Assembly (NCBI GenBank): GCA_043819075.1
Contig: JBDRFE010000041.1
Coordinates: 1 to 26,393, forward strand
Reading direction: 5' to 3'
DNA from: an archaeon
Lineage (GTDB): Archaea > Iainarchaeota > Iainarchaeia > Iainarchaeales > 1-14-0-10-31-34
DNA: 26,393 nucleotides
A program made the translations under genes and the position numbers. Shown here in pieces: positions 1 to 7,057 of the stretch. The notes under the pieces were generated by a model. That model made no database searches, had not been told where the DNA came from, and saw only the letters and a program-made list of their open reading frames with translations. The stretch's first letter is position 1, and the number at the start of each line of letters is the position of its first letter.

Positions 1-303
1 TGTAGATTGATTGAGGGGAAGATTCCATAAGTACGAGAGGAACGTGGAGTCCTGGCCTCTAGTGTACCAGTTGTCTGACAAGGCAGTTGCTGGGTAGCCA
101 CGCCGGAACCGATAAAAGCTGAAAGCATCTAAGCTTGAAACTGTCCCCGAAAAGAGTCAATCATTCCTGAAGGCATTTATTCTGCGGAATGAATGAGGTA
201 AGGACAAGAGTGCCAGTAGAACACTGGTTTGATAGGGCAGAAATGTAAGCAGGGAGCTACGGCGACCTGTTAAGTTGACTGCTACTAATAACTCGAGCAA
301 CAA
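1..303 (+). rRNA. rrl: 23S rRNA, 3' terminal portion (domain VI); 5' part lies outside the window; 3' end approximate
   Basis: Sarcin-ricin loop AGTACGAGAGGAAC at 30-43, conserved GCTGAAAGCATCTAAG at 118-133, TTGATAGG and CTAATA near the end; H94 pairing GATTGATT (5-12) with AGTCAATC (155-162). Confidence 0.97.
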
Positions 304-446
304 CTCTTTAATTTGGGTTTCATACCAACAACCGTTTCGGCGGTTGGGTACGACGCACCACTTTCAGTGGGGCTGTTGTATTTTGCATCAACTGATTTTT
401 CTTTTTTTAAAAAAAATTAGTTTAAGGTTAGACATCAGTAGAATTT

Positions 447-950
447 TTATCTAATCCATATTTCCAAAATATTTTTAGCACTTACAAGTCCGTCAGCAAA
501 ATTAAATGCTGCAGAAAGTAGAGCTACAAAACCTATTGCCTCAATAAAATCTTTTATCAACTTTAAATCTGGAAAATTTTCAATCAAATATCTTGCCCCG
601 ACAAGAAAAATAACTGAAATAATAAAAAATATTGTAGAGCCAAAAAAACCTTCTCCAACCTTAATGAGTTTATCCTTCTTATCTGGACGAAGAGATGCAT
701 ATTGAAAAGCTAATAACCCTAGTGTGGCTGACCCCACAACAACAGAAAATAACAGAATCACCGACTGCTGATAATCTTGATTTGTTGTAAAATTTATTCC
801 CAAAAAAAACACAAAAACTAAAACAAGCAAAAAAACTGGAAGATCAAAAAAAATGTTCCAAAAAAATTTTAATAAGGCTCTTGTTTTCCTCATTAACCAT
901 TCTGCAATTAGTTTCAAGAACAATCTTTTACGAACATCTATTTCTTCCAT
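447..950 (-). CDS. Hypothetical integral membrane protein (about 4 TM helices)
   Basis: 167-aa ATG ORF with four hydrophobic stretches; no recognisable family motif. Confidence 0.75.
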   Translation of the reverse strand: MEEIDVRKRLFLKLIAEWLMRKTRALLKFFWNIFFDLPVFLLVLVFVFFLGINFTTNQDYQQSVILLFSVVVGSATLGLLAFQYASLRPDKKDKLIKVGEGFFGSTIFFIISVIFLVGARYLIENFPDLKLIKDFIEAIGFVALLSAAFNFADGLVSAKNILEIWIR

Positions 951-1087
951 TTGTATAACTAATCACAGATTAACTTAAATATTTTTCATCAGAACTTACA
1001 ATCATTTAAAAAATTGCCTGTGTGTTCGCTGATTGACGTTGAAAAAGGCTTTTAAAAGCGTTGGGAAAAAATTAAGTCAGCAAAAAA

Positions 1088-1121
1088 GCTTTAAAAGGTT
1101 TGGTATATACCTGTATATACT
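1088..1121 (+). promoter_or_regulatory. TATA box plus two tandem GTATATAC palindromes immediately before the ATG (probable leaderless, autoregulated promoter)
   Basis: TTTAAAAG at 1090-1097 after an A-rich BRE-like tract; GTATATAC at 1103-1110 and 1113-1120; ATG at 1122. Confidence 0.55.
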
Positions 1122-1934
1122 ATGATTAAAACGGTTAATGTCTTGGAAGAGATTGAGAAAGAAGTTGTTCCGTTCGGCAACGGAAGCATTGTTTACACTC
1201 CAAAAAAATGGATTGGAAAAAAAGTCTTAGTGGTATTAGAAGAAAAACCAATTGATGTTAAGGGAGAAGCAATGGAAATGTTAAAGCCTTTTCTAAGCAG
1301 CATTCAGGGAGTTTTTTTGTTCGGGAGTTTTGCAAGAAAAGAGCAGACAGAAGAATCTGACGTGGATTTGCTTGTTATTTCAGACAAAAAAATTGAACTG
1401 AAAAGAAAAGGAAGATTTGATTTTATTGCCAAAACAAAAGAAGAGTTTTTTGAAGAACTGAAAAAAGATTCAAATCTTTTCCTGCATCAGATTTTACAGG
1501 AAGCTGAACCAATCTTTAATGAATCTCTCCTGAAAGAACTCAGGGGAAAAAAAATAAAACCGGATTTCAGGGAATTCTTTAACCAGACCTTAGGCGCATT
1601 CAAGAATACCCAGGAACTGCTTGAAGCAGAAAGAAAAAAAGGAAAAAAATACCTTGATTCAACTGCAGTGATTTACTCATTAATTTTAAGGCTTAAAACA
1701 CTTTTCCTTATTCAGTGCTTCACGGAAAAAAAAGGATATTCAAACAAAAAATTCAGGGAATTCATTAAGAGAAACGGATTCAAGGAAAAAACCGCTGAAA
1801 GTTTTTTTAGCGTATACAGGGCAGAAAGAGATGGGGAAAAAACCAGCCATAAAATCGCTTTAGAGAATGTGGAAAAATTGTTTGAGACAGCCAAAATTGA
1901 GTTCCTGAAAGCAGAAGAAACGGTGAAAAATTGA
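1122..1934 (+). CDS. DUF2080-like N-terminal domain fused to a minimal nucleotidyltransferase (Pol-beta family) and a helical HEPN-like C-terminal domain
   Basis: N-terminal EKEVVPFGNGSIVYTPKKWIGKKVLVV matches the DUF2080 pattern; LFGSFARKEQTEESDVDL is the GS...DxD nucleotidyltransferase motif; helical C-terminal half. Confidence 0.85.
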   Translation: MIKTVNVLEEIEKEVVPFGNGSIVYTPKKWIGKKVLVVLEEKPIDVKGEAMEMLKPFLSSIQGVFLFGSFARKEQTEESDVDLLVISDKKIELKRKGRFDFIAKTKEEFFEELKKDSNLFLHQILQEAEPIFNESLLKELRGKKIKPDFREFFNQTLGAFKNTQELLEAERKKGKKYLDSTAVIYSLILRLKTLFLIQCFTEKKGYSNKKFREFIKRNGFKEKTAESFFSVYRAERDGEKTSHKIALENVEKLFETAKIEFLKAEETVKN

Positions 1935-2095
1935 ATAAAAAAAAATACAAAAAAGCAATTGAGTCACTGGATAAAAGGATTTTAGAGCACAAAGAAAAAC
2001 AGAAAACAGCCAAAAACTCCGGGTTGTTTGGTTACTGGGAAAAAGAAATAAAAAAGTTTGAAGCAGAAAAGAAAAAGAAACAAAAATGGATTTAA
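1931..2095 (+). CDS. Small basic helical protein (54 aa), not in the ORF track
   Basis: TTG start overlaps the upstream TGA stop (TTGA), with a GGTGA Shine-Dalgarno at 1922-1926; translation MNKKKYKKAIESLDKRILEHKEKQKTAKNSGLFGYWEKEIKKFEAEKKKKQKWI; fills the gap before nadA. Confidence 0.75.
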   Translation: MNKKKYKKAIESLDKRILEHKEKQKTAKNSGLFGYWEKEIKKFEAEKKKKQKWI

Positions 2096-2164
2096 AACAG
2101 ATTAATTTATCATACTTTGTATGATTGAAATGGATTTTAAAAGTTCACGCAACAAAAGATTTTT

Positions 2165-3196
2165 ATGGAAAAAAGCTCTTTTTATTCAGAAGAAGAAGTG
2201 AAAAAAGAAGCTGAAAGGCTGTACGAAAAACTGAAAAAAACTGGTTTCAGCAGAGATGAATGCATTTCTTTTGCACCATTGACATTAGAAATCAATAAGC
2301 TGAAAAAACAAAAGAATGCAGTGATTTTAGCCCACAGTTACCAGACACCAGACATAATTTATGGAGTATCAGATTTTGTTGGAGACTCATTAGAGTTAAG
2401 CAAAAAAGCCGCTGAAACAAAAGCAGAAACAATTGTTTTTGCCGGCGTAAAATTCATGGCAGAAACAGCAAAAATTTTGTCTCCAAAAAAAACTGTTTTG
2501 CTTCCATCACTTGAAGCAGGATGCAGTTTAAGTGAATCAATTACAGCAGAAGATGTAAGAAAATTAAAGCAGCAGCATCCTGGAATTCCTGTTGTATGTT
2601 ATGTGAATACTTCTGCAGAGGTAAAAGCTGAATGTGATGCCTGCTGTACTTCAGCTAATGCATTACAAGTTGTAGAAAGCTTTAAGGAAAAAGAAGTTAT
2701 TTTTCTGCCTGATGAATTAATGGCAAAAAACATCCAGAACCAGACAAGCAAAAAAATTATTGCCTGGAACGGGTTATGCGTTGTTCACAAAGAATTCAGG
2801 GCAGAAGACATTAAAGAAGTGAAAAAAAAATATCTTGGGGTAAAAATTTTAGTGCACACTGAATGCAATCCAAGTGTAGTAGAGTTATCTGATTTTGCAG
2901 GCGGAACAAACGGAATGATTAATTATGCTAAAACCCATACAGATAAAAAATTCATGATGGTAACAGAATGCGGGTTAACTGACAGAATGAAAACCGAGCT
3001 GCCTGAAAAAAAGTTTGTCGGCACATGCGAGTTGTGCCCTTATATGAAAAAAAATACTTTAGAACTTATTTTACAGGCTTTAAGACACCCAAAAAAAGAG
3101 CAGATAATTGAATTGCCGGAAGAAACAATCAGAAAAGCAGGAAAAGCAATTGATTACATGATGAAAACAAAATCTGATTCTAAAGTTTTTGACTGA
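2165..3196 (+). CDS. nadA: Quinolinate synthase A
   Basis: ILAHSYQ, GDSLELS, GVKFMAE, AGCSLS, YVNTSA, CVVH, HTEC and CPYMK motifs; three Fe-S cysteines. Confidence 0.96.
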   Translation: MEKSSFYSEEEVKKEAERLYEKLKKTGFSRDECISFAPLTLEINKLKKQKNAVILAHSYQTPDIIYGVSDFVGDSLELSKKAAETKAETIVFAGVKFMAETAKILSPKKTVLLPSLEAGCSLSESITAEDVRKLKQQHPGIPVVCYVNTSAEVKAECDACCTSANALQVVESFKEKEVIFLPDELMAKNIQNQTSKKIIAWNGLCVVHKEFRAEDIKEVKKKYLGVKILVHTECNPSVVELSDFAGGTNGMINYAKTHTDKKFMMVTECGLTDRMKTELPEKKFVGTCELCPYMKKNTLELILQALRHPKKEQIIELPEETIRKAGKAIDYMMKTKSDSKVFD

Positions 3197-3719
3197 AATA
3201 ACTGCCTGTTTTTTCCATTAAAATATACCCAAAATCAAATGCAAGAATTCCAAGCCAGATAATCCATTTACCTGAAACAAAAGAAACAATTAAAGCGGTT
3301 AATTCAATTAAAGGCCTTAATTTCATGAATTCGTTCAGCAATTTATTTTTTATTTTATTTTTGTCCACGATTTTGTCGTTAACTATTTCTTCTGCAAAAG
3401 AAACAGAAAAAAATAAGAGCAGGTAAAATACATTTATTTCTGAAACCCCTAAAAAAACAAGTGAAACAGCCATTGAAGCAATTCCAAGGTAATGCCCTGA
3501 AGAATTAATTTTTCCTAAAACAAGAAGCGAAACAACAACCGCAACCCATAAAGCTGAAAGCTCCGGAGAAACAAAAACCACAAAAGCTATAAGGAAGCCG
3601 TAAATTATTCCTGAAATCCTTGCAAAAATTAAAGGCAGTTTTAATCCGTGCTCTTCAATTAAGTCAGTTAATTTTGAAAGCAGGCCTGTAAAAAAAGCTG
3701 CCAGCAAAATAAAAATCAT
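3180..3719 (-). CDS. Hypothetical multi-pass membrane protein, last gene of the agmatinase/DHS operon
   Basis: 179 aa with about 6 hydrophobic segments; ATGA overlap with the upstream fusion gene. Confidence 0.8.
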   Translation of the reverse strand: MIFILLAAFFTGLLSKLTDLIEEHGLKLPLIFARISGIIYGFLIAFVVFVSPELSALWVAVVVSLLVLGKINSSGHYLGIASMAVSLVFLGVSEINVFYLLLFFSVSFAEEIVNDKIVDKNKIKNKLLNEFMKLRPLIELTALIVSFVSGKWIIWLGILAFDFGYILMEKTGSYFSQKL

Positions 3720-5050
3720 TTTTTATTCCTTTTAACAAGATTTTCTTTCATTGAATAAAACAATAAAGGAAACAAAATTGTTGCATCGCCTTCAACAAAA
3801 ACATGGTCTGCTGTTTCATTTATTTTTCCCCACGAAACAGCTTCTTTTACTTTTGCACCTGAAAGCGAACCATCAGATTCAGTTGCGGTTGAAACATAAA
3901 CAGCATAATTTAATCCGTCTCGAAGGATGTTAATGCCGATTGTGTGGTGTTTTGCAATTCCCCCGCCCAAAATTATTCCAGCAGTCTTGTCTGCTGCAAG
4001 AACCAAGTCAGCTAATTCCTGCATGTCGGCAGTAACATCTATTCCAAATTCCTTGTTCCTCTGCTTAAAAGAAAACAACTGCAATCCAAATGCTCCGTCA
4101 GTTATTGCAGGACAGAAAACAGGAATATTGTTTTTTGTTGCCCAATATAAAATTGAGTTCTCGTCTTTGATTTTTTTTCCTAACTCAAAAATTATTTCGC
4201 TTGCAGAAAGCATTTTTCCTTTTTCTTTTTGCTTTAAAAGCATTTCACTGAAAAAAGGCATGAGTTGTTTTTCTAACCATTCATACCTTTCATTCGGCAC
4301 AAAAACATTTCCTATTCTGTTAATTCCCTTTTTATGAAGTTCTAAGTCGTTTACATCAAAGCTTCCGAGCAGAAAAGGCTTGTGGGTTTTCATTAAGTCT
4401 TCTTCAACTGAACCAACTGAAGTGATTACAGCTGAAACCATTTTATGCTTTAACATAAAAGCAAACAATTCCCTTAAGCCAGAAGAAACCATATTAGAAG
4501 TAAAACTCAGAAAAACAGTGCATTTTTCTTCCTGCATTTTATGAATTATTTCAGCAGCCTTTGAAAGATGTGTTGCCTGAAAGCCAATGGATTTCATTGC
4601 AGAAACAAGCTCTGGAATTGTTTTAGAATCAGTTGTTCCTTTAACAGCCTGAGTTAAGTCATCTAAATTAAGTGTTCCTGTTCCCCTGAAATTCATGTTT
4701 TTTTCTATTTTTTTGGGGAAAAAAAATTCATTTAAAACAGCGACAACTTTTTCTGAATCAAATTCCCTGCAGGAAAAAACATCAACAAAAGCCTCTGCTT
4801 TTTCTGGGTAAGAATGAATTGAAATATGGCTTTCAGCAATAATTACAAAACCTGTTATCCCGCTTTCTTCATTGTGTTTGTGCTTGTATGAAACAACAAC
4901 TGGTTCAGTTAATCTTTTCATTTCAATTGAATCAGAAACCCTGATTAAAAATTCCTTGATTTTTTCCTTATCATTTAATGCTTTTTTATCACAGCCGGAA
5001 CAGTCAAAAAAAATATTGTTTCCTTTTCCGTGAAAACATTTTACTTCCAT
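3716..5050 (-). CDS. dhs: Fusion: AdoMetDC/SpeD-fold pyruvoyl-dependent decarboxylase (aa ~1-123) plus deoxyhypusine synthase (aa ~135-444)
   Basis: N-terminal GITGFVIIAE/SHISIHSYPE...DVFSC...RG (self-cleavage site E73/S74); C-terminal GFQAT, TSNMVSSGLRE, NRIGN, PAITDG, GGGIAKHH, DGSLSGA, EAVSWGK (catalytic Lys) and EGDAT; one uninterrupted frame. Confidence 0.93.
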   Translation of the reverse strand: MEVKCFHGKGNNIFFDCSGCDKKALNDKEKIKEFLIRVSDSIEMKRLTEPVVVSYKHKHNEESGITGFVIIAESHISIHSYPEKAEAFVDVFSCREFDSEKVVAVLNEFFFPKKIEKNMNFRGTGTLNLDDLTQAVKGTTDSKTIPELVSAMKSIGFQATHLSKAAEIIHKMQEEKCTVFLSFTSNMVSSGLRELFAFMLKHKMVSAVITSVGSVEEDLMKTHKPFLLGSFDVNDLELHKKGINRIGNVFVPNERYEWLEKQLMPFFSEMLLKQKEKGKMLSASEIIFELGKKIKDENSILYWATKNNIPVFCPAITDGAFGLQLFSFKQRNKEFGIDVTADMQELADLVLAADKTAGIILGGGIAKHHTIGINILRDGLNYAVYVSTATESDGSLSGAKVKEAVSWGKINETADHVFVEGDATILFPLLFYSMKENLVKRNKK

Positions 5051-5853
5051 AAAAGCACCTTTTTGAAAATATTTGCTGCAAGAATTGCAGTCTGGGAATT
5101 AACTTTTTCCGAAGCGCATTCAGTTAAATCAAACCCGATTAAATTGTTTTTGCAGGCTGTTTTCAGCAAAGAAAAAAATTCTTCCGGGTTCATTCCCATC
5201 GGCTCAGGCGTTCCAACTTCCGGCGCAAAACTCGGGTCAAATACATCTAAGTCAACTGAAACGTATACTGGTCCGGAAATTTTTTTTAAAGAAGATTTTA
5301 TTTTCTTTTTTTTTGCAATCTTTTCTTCTTCTGAAGAAGAACTTCTTATCCCTAACTGGATTAAATCAAATTTATTGCTTTTCAACAGTTTGTTTGCCCA
5401 AGTGATGTGAGAGTAAAGTTCTCCCATCCATTCAGGCAATAAATCCCTGTGGGCATCAAAATGAATTACAGTGATTTTTTCTTTTTTTATTTCAGATAAA
5501 GCATTTAATGCTGCAAGAGAAATTAAATGGTCTCCGCCCAAAAACACTGGAAAAATTTTTGGGTTTTCCTTGAACAATTCTTTTACTGTGTCCCTGATTT
5601 TTTCTTCAGTTAATTTCCAGTTTGCCTGTGTTACTTCAACGTCGCCTGAATCAGTGAACTTAAATTTTTCAAAAACATTCTGTTTTGATTGCAAGTCATA
5701 GCCTGGCAGGTTCCTTATTGCCTCTCGGATAAACAATGGGCCATGTTTAACTGATTTTCCTGTTTCACTTGAATCCCAAGGAATACCCAATAAAGCTATT
5801 TCAGCCTGTTTTACTGGATACTCAAAAGGAAAAGTGCGAATAGTGTGAAGCAT
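5041..5853 (-). CDS. speB: Agmatinase (ureohydrolase family)
   Basis: GGDH, DAHRD, SVDLDVFDP and GTPEPMG metal-binding motifs. Confidence 0.9.
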   Translation of the reverse strand: MLHTIRTFPFEYPVKQAEIALLGIPWDSSETGKSVKHGPLFIREAIRNLPGYDLQSKQNVFEKFKFTDSGDVEVTQANWKLTEEKIRDTVKELFKENPKIFPVFLGGDHLISLAALNALSEIKKEKITVIHFDAHRDLLPEWMGELYSHITWANKLLKSNKFDLIQLGIRSSSSEEEKIAKKKKIKSSLKKISGPVYVSVDLDVFDPSFAPEVGTPEPMGMNPEEFFSLLKTACKNNLIGFDLTECASEKVNSQTAILAANIFKKVLLWK

Positions 5854-5869
5854 AAAATTATTCTCTAAA

Positions 5870-5972
5870 GAAAGGGTTTAAAGGTTAAAGGAAAGAAAAA
5901 GCATTAAAAAATCAAATATTTAAAAAATGCTCGGAAAACAGTATTTTAAGAACAAAAAAAAGGGGGAATTAA
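5870..5972. promoter_or_regulatory. Divergent promoter region between speB and the ornithine carbamoyltransferase gene
   Basis: TTTAAA at 5877-5882, about 25 nt from the speB ATG (leaderless spacing); TTTAAA at 5919-5924 and a G-rich SD-like AGGGGG at 5961-5966 before the ATG at 5973. Confidence 0.5.
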
Positions 5973-6905
5973 ATGCACTTAAGAAGCTTAAACGATTTCA
6001 CAAAAAAAGAATTATTGGAAGTAATAGATTCATCACTTGAAATAAAAAATCATCCTGAAAAATTTGAGAAAGCAATGAAAGGAAAAACTCTTTTAATGCT
6101 GTTTGAAAAGCCGTCTTTAAGGACAAGAGTGTCATTTGAAACCGGAATGACTCGAATGGGGGGCCATGCAATATTTTATTCAATAAAAGATTCTCCTTTA
6201 GGAAAAAAAGAATCAATTGAAGACACAGCAAAAACCGCTTCAAGGTTTGTTGACATCATAATGGCAAGATTATACAAACAGGAAGATTTGGATGCATTAG
6301 CAGAAAACTCTGGTGTGCCAGTAATCAATGCCTTGACAGACAAATACCATCCATGCCAGATTGTCGCTGACTTGCTGACAATAAAAGAAAAAAAAGGAAA
6401 ACTAAAAGGACTAAAATTAGCTTACTTTGGAGACAGCAACAACAACGTAACTCATTCCTTGATGCTTGGGTGCACTATGGTTGGAATGAATATCAGCATT
6501 GCATGCCCTGAAGGAAAAGAATTTGAACCAAAAAAAGATGTATTAGAAAAAGCTTTAAAGAATGCAAAAGAAACAGGCTGCAAAGTTGAAGTACTGCATG
6601 ACGCTTTCGAAGCAGCCAGAAACTCTGATGTAGTTTACACTGACTCTTGGATGTCATACCATATTCCTGAAGCAGAAAAAGATGAAAGAATAAAAATTTT
6701 CAATCCATTCCAGGTAAATGAAGCTTTAATGAAAAAAGCAAAGCCTGATGCAATTTTCATGAACTGTTTGCCTGCAATTAGGGGCATGGAACAGACAGCA
6801 GAAGTGATTGACGGAAAACAGTCAGTGGTATTTGATGAAGCAGAAAACAGATTGCATACACAGAATGCAATAATGCTGGCTTTAATGAAAAAACGGGAAA
6901 AATAG
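5973..6905 (+). CDS. argF: Ornithine carbamoyltransferase
   Basis: FEKPSLRTRVSFE, HPCQ, GDSNNNV, YTDSWMS, FMNCLP and EAENRLH motifs; anabolic versus catabolic direction cannot be determined from sequence. Confidence 0.92.
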   Translation: MHLRSLNDFTKKELLEVIDSSLEIKNHPEKFEKAMKGKTLLMLFEKPSLRTRVSFETGMTRMGGHAIFYSIKDSPLGKKESIEDTAKTASRFVDIIMARLYKQEDLDALAENSGVPVINALTDKYHPCQIVADLLTIKEKKGKLKGLKLAYFGDSNNNVTHSLMLGCTMVGMNISIACPEGKEFEPKKDVLEKALKNAKETGCKVEVLHDAFEAARNSDVVYTDSWMSYHIPEAEKDERIKIFNPFQVNEALMKKAKPDAIFMNCLPAIRGMEQTAEVIDGKQSVVFDEAENRLHTQNAIMLALMKKREK

Positions 6906-7024
6906 TTCAGAAAAAATAAAACAAAAAAACGGAAAAAACAATTAAGAAAAAATTGGAAAAAGAATTAGACTAAAGAAAAAAAACAGAAAAGAATTGAAAA
7001 AAATTCTGAAAAACAAAGAAAAAG

Positions 7025-7057
7025 GATGGAATTAAAATTCCATCTAAAATTGTTTTT
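7025..7057. terminator. Inverted repeat plus T-tract between convergent genes
   Basis: GATGGAATT-aa-AATTCCATC (7025-7044) followed by a T run; the A-rich stretch 6906-7024 gives many U-tracts on the minus-strand transcript. Confidence 0.45.

Noticed and set aside
304..420. 5S rRNA or tRNA downstream of 23S
   Set aside because: No 5S conserved motifs or terminal helix, and no cloverleaf.
1122..1250. DUF2080 ('transposon-encoded') domain as evidence of a mobile element
   Set aside because: No transposase, terminal inverted repeats or target-site duplication nearby.
6906..7024. A-rich quasi-periodic stretch as a CRISPR array or tandem repeat
   Set aside because: No constant repeat unit or spacer pattern; low-complexity intergenic DNA between convergent genes.
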